Assembly (NCBI GenBank): GCA_910577745.1
Contig: CAJTNG010000001.1
Coordinates: forward strand, 224,346-288,345
DNA length: 64,000 nucleotides
Direction of reading: 5' to 3'
Source of the DNA: an uncultured Anaeroplasmataceae bacterium
Lineage (GTDB): Bacteria > Bacillota_I > Bacilli_A > Acholeplasmatales > Anaeroplasmataceae
The notes beneath the pieces are model-generated. The model saw only the letters and a list, made by a program, of their open reading frames with translations, made no database searches and was not told the origin of the DNA. Shown here piece after piece: positions 1-9,552 of the stretch. Positions within the stretch are counted from its first letter, which is position 1; every line of letters starts with the position of its first letter. The position numbers and the translations under genes were made by a program.

Positions 1-22
1 AAACGTAATCTTTTCCTAAATA

Positions 23-51
23 TTGACTTGTAAATATAGAATTGATATAAT
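23..51 (+). promoter_or_regulatory. sigma-A-type promoter of the first pectin-cluster operon
   Basis: TTGACT at 23-28, 17-nt spacer, TATAAT at 46-51. An AAGGAG RBS at 72-77 precedes the ATG at 89. Confidence 0.5.
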
Positions 52-88
52 GAATTTAAAGCGTTTACATAAAGGAGTTAGAATTGGA

Positions 89-1483
89 ATGAAAAAAATG
101 ATTTTAATAATTCTATTGGGATTCTTTGGAATCTTTGGTTTAGTTTCCTGTAAGACAAATGAAGAACCACCAGTAGAAGAACAGCCAACAGAAAGACTTG
201 CTTTAAGTAGTATTAGTTTAGATACAAGTTCTGTCAAAACGAAATATTACTTAGGGGATGAATTTACTGCGGAAGGTTTAAAGGTTACGATTAACTACAT
301 TAAAAATACAGAGGAAGGTCCTGTAGGGGTTCAAAAACCTTGTGAGGAGTATTATCTTAATTTAGATGCAGTTGATATGAGCCATGTGGGAAAATATTCT
401 GTACAAGTTATCTATCGTGAAGGAACTGTGAATGTCAATAATACGTATGATATAGAAGTAAAATCTTCTTTATTAGATGATGCTGGTGTTAAATATGCAT
501 CAGGACTTGAGGCAAATTATACAGGGGAATTAGATATCCTTTTAAACGATGAATTTAGTTTTAAATATAATCAAATTAGCTTTAAAGTACACTATACTCA
601 AAATGGTGAAGAGGTAGAAGTTAAAAATATAGCTTATACTAAAGTGACGATTGATACCTCTAATGTGGATACAAGTAAAATAGGCAGTTATCTCATCAAA
701 TATACATTTGAAGAAGATTTAGATGTCCATGGAACACCATATAAAAATACGGTTTGTTCTTTTTCTGTGGTGACTGTTTCAAACCCTGCAACATCTATAG
801 AGTTATCAGAAGGAACATTTATTTTACCTGCAACCCTTACAAAACTAGATACTTCTGATTGGAAAATTAAAATAACTAGAAAAAAAGGTGCACCTGAAGT
901 TGTGGCTTTTAGTGAGGATCGTTTTACATTGACTGGAGTTATACCTTATATTACAGGGAACCAAGTGGCAAAAATCACTTTAAAGGAGGATGAAAGTGCT
1001 TCTTTAACTAAAGAAATTACAATTGTTGAATCAACAACACACAATATTGTAATGGGAACAGAGTTTTCAAGATACAAAGAGTTAGAAAATGGAAAAGTAC
1101 AATTGGATGCATCTGAATTGATTTATGTTACAAATGCAGTTACCATAGCTGACCGTACTTCTTCAACAGGGTACAAAGATAATTATAAAGGTCTAATTAC
1201 GTTCCACGACAGAGTCACGATTAAGGGGGCAGCTTCTTATATTGACGTTGTAATGGAAGCACCAGGTATGATTGTATTCTATTATGCGTCTACAGGTAGC
1301 ACGGTTCGTGAAGTTTCTGTACTTGATCCAAACGGTGAAGAGGTAGGAACATTTATGACGGCAGCTTCAAGTGCGATTCAAGAAGCTAGTGTAGTAATTC
1401 AGAAAGCTGGAACGTATCGTATTGTTTGTTTATCTGATCAGATTTATGTTCATGGTTGTGTAATTGCAACCACAAAGGCATAA
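89..1483 (+). CDS. surface lipoprotein with Big_3-type bacterial Ig-like repeats (accessory protein of the pectin cluster)
   Basis: Track ORF 23..1483 trimmed to ATG 89, behind the RBS. Lipobox MKKMILIILLGFFGIFGLVSC. Repeated YYLGDEFTAEGLKVTINY-type motifs typical of Big_3 domains. C-terminal beta-rich module of about 110 aa. Confidence 0.6.
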   Translation: MKKMILIILLGFFGIFGLVSCKTNEEPPVEEQPTERLALSSISLDTSSVKTKYYLGDEFTAEGLKVTINYIKNTEEGPVGVQKPCEEYYLNLDAVDMSHVGKYSVQVIYREGTVNVNNTYDIEVKSSLLDDAGVKYASGLEANYTGELDILLNDEFSFKYNQISFKVHYTQNGEEVEVKNIAYTKVTIDTSNVDTSKIGSYLIKYTFEEDLDVHGTPYKNTVCSFSVVTVSNPATSIELSEGTFILPATLTKLDTSDWKIKITRKKGAPEVVAFSEDRFTLTGVIPYITGNQVAKITLKEDESASLTKEITIVESTTHNIVMGTEFSRYKELENGKVQLDASELIYVTNAVTIADRTSSTGYKDNYKGLITFHDRVTIKGAASYIDVVMEAPGMIVFYYASTGSTVREVSVLDPNGEEVGTFMTAASSAIQEASVVIQKAGTYRIVCLSDQIYVHGCVIATTKA

Positions 1484-1493
1484 TAGGAGGTTA

Positions 1494-4400
1494 ATGATGA
1501 AAAAGTTTAAATTTAGATATTTAGGAGTATTTGCTTTAAGTGCTTTAGCCTTAATAGGCTGTACAGATAATGCAGAAGAGTCTAAAGAAACCTATAATAC
1601 ATTTTATGTTACGCCAACAGGAGATGTAACATCTGATGGACTTTCTAAAGATGCACCTACTGAATTTTCAGTAGCAATTCGTAATGCAAAGCCAGGAGAT
1701 ACAATTTTGCTAGATGGCGGAACCTATAAATATAATTCTAGATTACAAATTGAAAATAGTGGTGCAGCAAATAAATATATTACAATCAAGCCTGAAACAG
1801 CTGAGGATCGGGTAATCTTTGATTTCTCCCAAATGTTTTTCAATAGTGCAAATCGTGGTATACAGGTATATGGTAGTTATTGGCATTTTTTAGATATTGA
1901 AATTTGTGGTGCTGGTGATAACGGTATGTATATTGCTGGAAATTACAATATTATAGAAAATTGTCAATTCTATAATAATCGTGATACAGGATTACAGATT
2001 GGTCGTGGATATTCCCATCAGAATACAATTGATACATGGCCTTCTTACAATTTGATTAAAAATTGTACATCTTTTGCAAATTACGATGATGAAACTAAAG
2101 GTGAAAATGCAGATGGATTTGCTGCTAAATTAACTGTAGGATATGGTAATGTATTTGATGGATGTATTGCCTTTAGAAATAGTGATGATGGTTGGGATTT
2201 ATTTGCGAAAGAAGATTCAGGAAATATAGGAACCGTTGTATTATACAACTGTGTTTCTTTTGAAAATGGTTTTCTTCCTTATCAGATAGAACGTTCTAAT
2301 GTAGATGGTTCAACTTATATGTCTTATAACACACAGGATGGTGATGGTATTGGATTTAAATTAGGTGGTTCTACTATGGAAGGGGATGTTCTATTAGAAA
2401 ACTGCTTAGCTTTTAATAATAAATTACATGGTGTAGGAGATAACTCTAATCCAGGTGAAATTCACATCAGCAATAGTACAGCTGTAAATAACTGTATCGG
2501 CTTGGAAGAGAATGGGGATGTATCTGGCATACGTGGAATTACGGGAGAACAAAACAAGTCCAATAATTTTGATTTAGCAAGAGATACAAAGAGTTATAAT
2601 TCTTACTATGGATTAGTTTCTTATATCAATAATCAAACAGGATATGATATCTCTTCTGGAGATAGTTCTTATAATGAAGATCATTTTAGAGGAAGTGCTG
2701 CATATAGTATTTTCCAAACAGGATATAATGGTTCAGAAATCTATAGAGCATTCACAGCTTATGAGGATGCTTCATCTTATCATTCTAGTACTACAGATGT
2801 TGCTTTCTCTAATGGAACAGAATATAAAGGCTTATCTGATGATAGCTTTGCTAGTTTAGAACCTCTAAATGCTAAGTGTGAAGATGCACAACATGTAGTT
2901 GATCTAACAAGTTATCACAAAACCTTAAGAAATGAAGATTATTCAGTCAATATGGGAAATACATGCAAAATAGTGGATGAAAAACTATTGAAATTTGCGA
3001 ATGGAAATCCAATTGGAGCTAATCTTTCTAAATCTAGTATGCAAGATTATAAGCATTATGATTTGTTAGATTTTAGTGCAGCGAAAACGGAAGATGAAGT
3101 TTCAGTGCAAGCTGCTTATAATGCTTTAGAGGTACTATGTGCAGAAGCTGCTGTATATCAAGATTTTGAAGTATCAAAGTTAATTCAAGGCTGTGATATA
3201 CGTTGGTCTTCTTCAGATACAGCTGTATTAGAAGTAGAAAATGAAGAAAAAGTATCCGTTTCTAAAAGTGTTTTTAGTACAGTTAGAGTTCATTCTCCAG
3301 CACAGGAAAAGCAAGTAACTTTAACTGCAACGATAACTAAAGGAAATGTTGAAAAGATTAAGACCTTTAATTTAACAGTAAAAACCAGAAGTCAAAGCTT
3401 AGGCCAAATGGTTTCTACAGGTCTTGCTGTAAACAGAGTAGAACTTTATCAAAAGTTTATTACTCCACGAATTTATCCTTTAGATGCATCTTCTTGTACG
3501 AATACGGAATTACCTTTAAGTTTATACGATATGAAATATACTTATCGTTATGCGACAGATGGAAACTCAAAATTTAATGAAATTGATAATGTTTATACTT
3601 CTGTTGCAGGGGTATACGAGGTTACTGCAACTGCATCGTTAAAATCTAATCCTGATATTTCAACCTCTTATACTTATACAGTTTATGTGGTTGATCCAAA
3701 TTGTGAAGTGGATTTTATGGATTCTATTTCCTCTGTAACGTTGAATAAAGATGGCTTTAGTGTTAGTGGTAGTCTGTCCAATATAGATGGTGCCATTTAT
3801 GCAGTAGTATCTAATGAAGAATTGAATTTAACGAGAGAAGAGTTATTAGCTCATCCAAATGTTCAAAAAGTTGAGATTGACTCAAATTATATTACTGCAA
3901 ACTTCTTGGCTGATAATAATGCTAGTCAGGTTTATTATGGATATTATTTGGTATCTAATAGAAATAAGAGTAATGTCAATGCCAAAGTCTATTCTTTCCA
4001 TACAGATATCATTACAATTGATACAAAAGAAGAGTTTAAAAATTTAGCAAGTACGGGTAAAAAAGGTACAGAAACTGCTACCTCAACAACGATATATAGT
4101 TTATCAAATGATTTAGATTTTACTGATTTTGAATGGGAAATTCCAACTAAGGCTCAGGCTAAAGCCTTTACAGGTTTATTTAATGGAAATGGACATACCA
4201 TTAGCAATATTAAGGTTATTGGTGCATCAGCTGATAAAACGGTAAATATATTCTTTAAATTATCAAACGCAACTTTAATGAATATCCATTTTGATCATAT
4301 AACGATTGAAAATAAAGATTATACTAGTGGTAAACAAGTGGGGATTATTGGAGAATTCCAAGGCGGATACTTACATAATATTCATATGACAAATGTTTCT

Positions 4401-5171
4401 GTTAAAGGCAATGAAGGTGTAGGAGCATTAGTCGGTCAAGTCACAGGTGGTGTGAATTATATTTCACAATGTTCTTTAGTAAATCCTGTGACAGAACAGG
4501 CTGTGGATAATCCTTATGTGATCGCTTCAGCAAAGAAATATGCTGGTGGTATTGTAGGTAATGGTCAAAAGAATAGTGATCAGTCTGTATTTAAACTCAT
4601 TGTTACAGATTGTATGGTAAATGCAATTATCGGTGACGGAAATGATTCAGGTGGTAACACAGGTGGTATTATTGGTCGTGTTAAAAATGATAGCAATGTT
4701 TACTACACGCAAGTTGAAAATTGTTACTTCAAAGGGATTGTCGTTGGCAAAGGAAACTATAATGCAGGTATCGTTGGTGATTTTGATGGTGGTTTAGGAC
4801 ATGTTGTGATTAACTGCAACTATTCAGATGTATCTTTTGTATTTGCAGGAGTGTATTTGAATGCAAAAGAATTACATGAACAAGGAACAACGCAACTTTA
4901 TGCACATAAAAATACGAACCCTATTGTTGGTCGTGCTGTATGGGCAGAAGGAGGAATCTACGAAACTCGTAGTAATGTTGGAACCTTCGTAGAGTATTAT
5001 TCAAATTATATTCAATCTTTCTCTATTGAATTTGAATTGGCACAATTAAATGAAGAAACCTATAAGTATGAATGGACTTTAACAGAGTTATTCTTATCAA
5101 GGGATTTAGGATTTGATTTAGAGAATATTTGGGTATTTGATGAAGCAACCCAAGATTTAAAATTAAGGTAA
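1494..5171 (+). CDS. lipoprotein polysaccharide lyase: right-handed beta-helix (PL9-like pectate lyase) with C-terminal GLUG-motif region
   Basis: Track ORF 1464..5171 trimmed to ATG 1494 (AGGAGG at 1485-1490). Lipobox LSALALIGC. Beta-helix/pectate-lyase-like motifs FYVTPTGD...DGGTYKY and NADGFAAK...FRNSDDGWDLF. C-terminal FTGLFNGNGHTISN and repeated GG(I/L)(I/V)G motifs. Confidence 0.6.
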   Translation: MMKKFKFRYLGVFALSALALIGCTDNAEESKETYNTFYVTPTGDVTSDGLSKDAPTEFSVAIRNAKPGDTILLDGGTYKYNSRLQIENSGAANKYITIKPETAEDRVIFDFSQMFFNSANRGIQVYGSYWHFLDIEICGAGDNGMYIAGNYNIIENCQFYNNRDTGLQIGRGYSHQNTIDTWPSYNLIKNCTSFANYDDETKGENADGFAAKLTVGYGNVFDGCIAFRNSDDGWDLFAKEDSGNIGTVVLYNCVSFENGFLPYQIERSNVDGSTYMSYNTQDGDGIGFKLGGSTMEGDVLLENCLAFNNKLHGVGDNSNPGEIHISNSTAVNNCIGLEENGDVSGIRGITGEQNKSNNFDLARDTKSYNSYYGLVSYINNQTGYDISSGDSSYNEDHFRGSAAYSIFQTGYNGSEIYRAFTAYEDASSYHSSTTDVAFSNGTEYKGLSDDSFASLEPLNAKCEDAQHVVDLTSYHKTLRNEDYSVNMGNTCKIVDEKLLKFANGNPIGANLSKSSMQDYKHYDLLDFSAAKTEDEVSVQAAYNALEVLCAEAAVYQDFEVSKLIQGCDIRWSSSDTAVLEVENEEKVSVSKSVFSTVRVHSPAQEKQVTLTATITKGNVEKIKTFNLTVKTRSQSLGQMVSTGLAVNRVELYQKFITPRIYPLDASSCTNTELPLSLYDMKYTYRYATDGNSKFNEIDNVYTSVAGVYEVTATASLKSNPDISTSYTYTVYVVDPNCEVDFMDSISSVTLNKDGFSVSGSLSNIDGAIYAVVSNEELNLTREELLAHPNVQKVEIDSNYITANFLADNNASQVYYGYYLVSNRNKSNVNAKVYSFHTDIITIDTKEEFKNLASTGKKGTETATSTTIYSLSNDLDFTDFEWEIPTKAQAKAFTGLFNGNGHTISNIKVIGASADKTVNIFFKLSNATLMNIHFDHITIENKDYTSGKQVGIIGEFQGGYLHNIHMTNVSVKGNEGVGALVGQVTGGVNYISQCSLVNPVTEQAVDNPYVIASAKKYAGGIVGNGQKNSDQSVFKLIVTDCMVNAIIGDGNDSGGNTGGIIGRVKNDSNVYYTQVENCYFKGIVVGKGNYNAGIVGDFDGGLGHVVINCNYSDVSFVFAGVYLNAKELHEQGTTQLYAHKNTNPIVGRAVWAEGGIYETRSNVGTFVEYYSNYIQSFSIEFELAQLNEETYKYEWTLTELFLSRDLGFDLENIWVFDEATQDLKLR

Positions 5172-5177
5172 ATAATG

Positions 5178-5211
5178 GAAGAGAAGGGAATTCAAATGCC
5201 TTCTCTTTTTC
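5178..5211 (+). terminator. rho-independent terminator after the lyase gene
   Basis: GAAGAGAAGG (5178-5187) pairs with CCTTCTCTTT (5199-5208), followed by a T-run. Confidence 0.6.
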
Positions 5212-5249
5212 TATTGCTATCATTTTTTCTGTTTTTAAAATGAAGTGTA

Positions 5250-5278
5250 TTGACATTTTTCTTCTTTAAGTATAAAAT
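5250..5278 (+). promoter_or_regulatory. promoter of the pectinesterase gene
   Basis: TTGACA at 5250-5255, 17-nt spacer, TAAAAT at 5273-5278 (TATAAA at 5271 is an alternative). Confidence 0.45.
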
Positions 5279-5324
5279 GTTATCGTGAAAAAACGTTTTC
5301 ATGTATCAAAGAAGAAGGAGAAAA

Positions 5325-8300
5325 ATGAATATGAAAAAAAGCAAATTACTCATTGGACTCTGTGCATTAACAGCAGTGATAGGGCTAGCTGCATGTGACA
5401 ACAGTGAAGAACCACCAGCAGGTGATGATCCAATTGTAGAAGCAACAGAGTACACAGTAACCTTTAATTCACAGGAAGGTAGTGCAGTAAGTGCACAAAA
5501 AGTAAAAGAAGGAGAGAAGGTAAAAGAACCAACGGCTCCAACAAGAGAAGGATATACCTTTAAGGGATGGTATAAGGAAGCATCCTGTACCAACGCATGG
5601 AACTTTGGAAGTGACACAGTAAGTGGAGCAGTAACCTTGTATGCGAAATGGGAAAAGAAACCAGAAGAGCAAAAAGAAACATTTAACGTTTACTTCCATT
5701 TAACTGCAACAGATGAACCAGAACCAGTTACAGTGGAGAAGGATGATGTTGTGGCTGAACCAACGGCTCCAACAAAGCCATATAGTACCTTTGTAGGTTG
5801 GTTTACAAGTGCTACTGAACAGAATGAGAATACAGCATTCAGTTTTAGTACACCTATTACCCAAGAAACTCATTTATATGCAGGTTGGACAGTTGAAAAA
5901 GAAACTGTAACTTATACATTTGATGCTGCAACACTTACACCTCAAGTTTTAAGTGAAGATTTAACTGTAGGCAAGTTTACAATTGGTGCAGGTAATGAAA
6001 TCAGAACAGAAAGTGGTAAGAAGTATGCTGGTACATCTTATGCAATGGGTGTAAAAATCAACAACTCAGGTCAAACTTTCACTGTACATTCTGCAGGAGA
6101 AGGAAAACTTGTATTATTTGTTATTGATAGAGGTAGCTTATCTGCAATTTCAATAAAGCAACCTGATGGAACAACTGTAAATCAAGAGATATCTTTTGAA
6201 AACGTTCCTGCAGATACTAAGCAAATGCAAAGAATAGAAATCGATGTTCAAGAAGGAGATTATGTTTTATCTCAAGGAACTGGTACACCAGATATTGCAT
6301 ATGCAACTTTAACTTGTCAAGTTGAAAAATCTGCTCCTAAAGCTATTAAATTAAGTGGAGCTCAAACAAAATTCTTACAAGGAAGAGAATTTGATGCTTC
6401 TACATTAAATGTTGAACTACTTTATGAAAATGGTAGATTGGATATGTTAGATAAAGCAACATATACAGTTGATTCCACTGCATTTAATAAAGCAGTAGCA
6501 GGATCCTATACAATTCAAGTAACTTTTGGTGAATTGACTGAAACATATGTTGTTTATGTTTATGGTATTGAAAGTATTCAATTATATGATTTTTCATTAG
6601 ATAGTAAGAGAAATACTTTACCTTTACAGAAGGTATTCTTAAAGGATTCTCAATTCAATAGTAATAATTTAGCAGTACATGCTACTGGTAAGACGCCAAA
6701 TGTAGAAGGTACTGAAGATTTCATTTTAACTGCTGAAGAAATTGAAGTTGTTGCTCCATTATTAACAGCTGTTGGACAACAAACCATTACAGTAAAAGAA
6801 AAGTTATCAGGAGCAGAAAAGAGTGCTTCATATTCTGTAGTCGTTGTTACAAATGTATTTGATGCTAGTGCAACATCTTATAAAGTGACAGTGGATACAA
6901 CCGCTGATGCACCAGTTGTAGAAAATGGTTTAGTTGTCTTTAAGACAATTAATGATGCACTTATGTATTTAGAATTGGTTCAAGCAAAACCAAGCGCAAT
7001 TAAAACGATAGAGGTAGCTGTAGGTACTTATTTTGAAAAAGTTACCGTAAATATGCCTAATGTTCATATGGTTGGTATAGATGAAGATGCTAGCAGAACG
7101 GTTCTAGAATTTAATGCATTAAATGGATTAACAGACCCAAGTGGAACTATTACATATTCAACAAATGGTTCAGCATCAATTACAATTACAGAAACTGCAA
7201 CAGGATTTACGGCTCAAAATATAACATTTAAAAATTATTATAATACAAATGCTTTATATGAAGAATCTAAATTAATTGCGGGTTCTGGAACTCAAGCCGT
7301 TGCTGCATTAGTTCAAGCTGATCAATCTGTATTTAAAAACGTTCGTTTCACATCTTACCATGACACTCTATATGCTCAGGTAGGACGTCAATACTATGAA
7401 AACTGCTATATTGAAGGTAGAACAGATTATATTTTTGGCTACAATGCAACTGCATTCTTTGAAAATTGTAATATTCATACTTTAGGAGCTGGAGTAGAAG
7501 AGAAGAATGGCGGATATGTCATTGCTACTAAAGGTTCAAATAAGGCTGCTGCAACAGATGCTATAAAATATGGATATATCTTCAATAATTGTACATTTGA
7601 TGCAGATGATCAAACACAGGATGGTTCAGTTTCTATCGCTCGTGGCTGGGATGTATCAATGGCTACTATGATTATGAATTCTTCCATTTCTAAAGCTTTT
7701 TCAAAGACAGCTTATGTTGAAAACAATTCTGGACTAAATAATCGTTATGGAAAAATGAATGCTGCCCCAGTAGCTGCTCAACTTTTAGAGTATAACAATA
7801 CAGGGGATGGAGCAATCACAGAATCTTTAGAAAATACATGTACATACACTACAGAAGCTGTAGCTTTAGAATATGCGGATTTAAATACTGTCTTTGGTGC
7901 AGTTAACAACAAGCTTACTTGGAATTCTGCTTGGAATCCAGTGCAAGTTAAGGATGCAACAATTGTATTGAAGAAAGCAGATGGTACTACACTTCAAACA
8001 TTAGAAAATGTTGGATATGTTGGTGCAACAATTACAGAAGTTGAATTAAGAGAATTAGTTGAAATTCCTTCAGGAATGAATTTAGATGGATTCTTTACAA
8101 ACGCTGAATGCACAACTGCTTATAATTTTGCTACAAAATTAACAGAATCTAATGAGATCTATGTTAAATTATCTTCATCTTCTGTATTAAGTGCAACGAC
8201 TATTAAATTCAGTGGACTTGCAGCTACAATAGATAGTGAAGTTAAAGTCGATGCATTGGGTATTGTAACTTTAGTTGGTTCAGCAACATCAAAGATTACA

Positions 8301-8657
8301 GTAGATGGCTCTGGTAAAGAAATTTTAGATGCAGAAGGAAATGCATACACACCTGAACAAAGAGTTAAAACAGGGGGACAGTCTAAAGCAGATGGTCGTT
8401 ACATTAAAATAGATTTATCTAAATATTCTGGTCAAGCAAAGATTCAAATCTATTCTCAAACAGGTAGTGGTGCTGCTGATAGAACTGGTCAATTGAGAAA
8501 AGATGCCTTTGATGGAGCAAGTGTGCTTGTAATTAATTGTCCTGCAGGAAGTGCAGCAACTTTAAATGAAGTTGTTATTGAATGTGGACATATTTACTAT
8601 ATTACTGCAGATGCAAGTATCAATTTCTTTGGTATTAATATCATTCCAGTTGTATAA
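5325..8657 (+). CDS. multidomain lipoprotein pectinesterase (CE8) with Listeria-Bacteroides repeats and Big_3-like domains
   Basis: Track ORF 5301..8657 trimmed to ATG 5325 (AAGGAG at 5315-5320; ATG 5331 also possible). Lipobox LTAVIGLAAC. Two Flg_new-type repeats (YTVTFNSQEGS...GYTFKGWY...LYAKW and FNVYFH...FVGWF...LYAGW). CE8 core motifs GTQAVAALV, YHDTLYA, GRTDYIFG, ARGW. Confidence 0.75.
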   Translation: MNMKKSKLLIGLCALTAVIGLAACDNSEEPPAGDDPIVEATEYTVTFNSQEGSAVSAQKVKEGEKVKEPTAPTREGYTFKGWYKEASCTNAWNFGSDTVSGAVTLYAKWEKKPEEQKETFNVYFHLTATDEPEPVTVEKDDVVAEPTAPTKPYSTFVGWFTSATEQNENTAFSFSTPITQETHLYAGWTVEKETVTYTFDAATLTPQVLSEDLTVGKFTIGAGNEIRTESGKKYAGTSYAMGVKINNSGQTFTVHSAGEGKLVLFVIDRGSLSAISIKQPDGTTVNQEISFENVPADTKQMQRIEIDVQEGDYVLSQGTGTPDIAYATLTCQVEKSAPKAIKLSGAQTKFLQGREFDASTLNVELLYENGRLDMLDKATYTVDSTAFNKAVAGSYTIQVTFGELTETYVVYVYGIESIQLYDFSLDSKRNTLPLQKVFLKDSQFNSNNLAVHATGKTPNVEGTEDFILTAEEIEVVAPLLTAVGQQTITVKEKLSGAEKSASYSVVVVTNVFDASATSYKVTVDTTADAPVVENGLVVFKTINDALMYLELVQAKPSAIKTIEVAVGTYFEKVTVNMPNVHMVGIDEDASRTVLEFNALNGLTDPSGTITYSTNGSASITITETATGFTAQNITFKNYYNTNALYEESKLIAGSGTQAVAALVQADQSVFKNVRFTSYHDTLYAQVGRQYYENCYIEGRTDYIFGYNATAFFENCNIHTLGAGVEEKNGGYVIATKGSNKAAATDAIKYGYIFNNCTFDADDQTQDGSVSIARGWDVSMATMIMNSSISKAFSKTAYVENNSGLNNRYGKMNAAPVAAQLLEYNNTGDGAITESLENTCTYTTEAVALEYADLNTVFGAVNNKLTWNSAWNPVQVKDATIVLKKADGTTLQTLENVGYVGATITEVELRELVEIPSGMNLDGFFTNAECTTAYNFATKLTESNEIYVKLSSSSVLSATTIKFSGLAATIDSEVKVDALGIVTLVGSATSKITVDGSGKEILDAEGNAYTPEQRVKTGGQSKADGRYIKIDLSKYSGQAKIQIYSQTGSGAADRTGQLRKDAFDGASVLVINCPAGSAATLNEVVIECGHIYYITADASINFFGINIIPVV

Positions 8658-8680
8658 AAATTTAATGAAGAGTTTACTTA

Positions 8681-8702
8681 AAAAGAGTAGACTCTTTTTT
8701 TT
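8681..8702 (+). terminator. weak AT-rich terminator after the pectinesterase gene
   Basis: AAAAGAG / CTCTTTT stem with a 4-nt loop, then a T-run. Confidence 0.35.
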
Positions 8703-8704
8703 GT

Positions 8705-8730
8705 ATAAAAAAAGGTGCTAATAAGCACCT
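8705..8730 (-). terminator. terminator of the minus-strand exonuclease operon
   Basis: On the minus strand, AGGTGC-TTATTA-GCACCT followed by TTTTTTT. The hairpin overlaps the last codons and the stop. Confidence 0.5.
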
Positions 8731-9551
8731 ATTTTTGTTAGTATAGATTTTGTTGTAACCTCTTGATGAAGCGTATAAACTAAATGCTCTAGGGAATAAG
8801 GCAGGGAATCCACTTCTATAAAATCAATCAGTTTGTAGTTTAATTCTAAAACTGTTTTCTGCCCAAATAATAATTTCTTTAATTTTTCATTTTCTAAATT
8901 ATCATAAAGTTCCTGTATGGAATTATATTTATTTACTAGATATGCTGCACTTTTTGGACCTATACCTTTTATTCCTTTTATATTATCTGCTGTATCTCCA
9001 CAAAGTGCTTTAAAAAATTTATATTGACTGGGTTGAATTTGAAGTCTATTCCATACATAGGCTTTATCACAAACGTAACTATTATCTCCCCTGTAACGGA
9101 AAATGCTTGTATGATCTGAAATTAAACTAAATAAATCACTATCCCAGGAGGATATGATAATAGGTATATTTTTGAGCGTATGAACATAGGCGGCAATGAT
9201 GTCATCTGCTTCATAATGTGTAGTTTCATAAAAAGGAATTTGTAAATGCTGTAATGCTTTATAAATGTCGTCTAATTGGGAAAAGGGATTGTCTTCCTCA
9301 GGTACCGTGGTATAATCCATACGATTTGCTTTGTATGTCTCAGAAAGTTCTGTTCTAGGGTTGCTGTGTTCTCCATCAAATAGAACTAGAATATGGGTAG
9401 GGTCTGTCTTTCGAATTATCTTGAGTAAGGCACCTACAAAGCCTAAAACCCCTTGCATTGGTTTACCTTTGGAGTTGAGAATTCTTGCAGGCATCCCATA
9501 AAACATTTGAAAAAGAAGATTACTTCCATCTACTAAAAGAAGTTTATTCAT
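8718..9551 (-). CDS. stand-alone 5'-3' exonuclease (Pol I N-terminal-domain/FEN family)
   Basis: Track ORF trimmed to the Met of MNKLLLVDG (AGGAG RBS 5 nt upstream). Motifs LLLVDGSNLLFQMFY and the H3TH motif GDTADNIKGIKGIGPKSAAYL. Confidence 0.75.
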   Translation of the reverse strand: MNKLLLVDGSNLLFQMFYGMPARILNSKGKPMQGVLGFVGALLKIIRKTDPTHILVLFDGEHSNPRTELSETYKANRMDYTTVPEEDNPFSQLDDIYKALQHLQIPFYETTHYEADDIIAAYVHTLKNIPIIISSWDSDLFSLISDHTSIFRYRGDNSYVCDKAYVWNRLQIQPSQYKFFKALCGDTADNIKGIKGIGPKSAAYLVNKYNSIQELYDNLENEKLKKLLFGQKTVLELNYKLIDFIEVDSLPYSLEHLVYTLHQEVTTKSILTKIGAY

Positions 9552-9552
9552 A

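Noticed and set aside
5306-5699. Antisense ORFs 5306..5617 and 5469..5699. The same applies to other short track ORFs embedded in or antisense to long genes (for example 2644, 3859, 8159, 11146, 12031, 13510, 16369, 16775, 26734, 28292, 34931, 43925, 53518, 55698).
   Set aside because: They lie entirely inside well-supported longer genes, have no RBS, and have compositions typical of AT-rich antisense frames.
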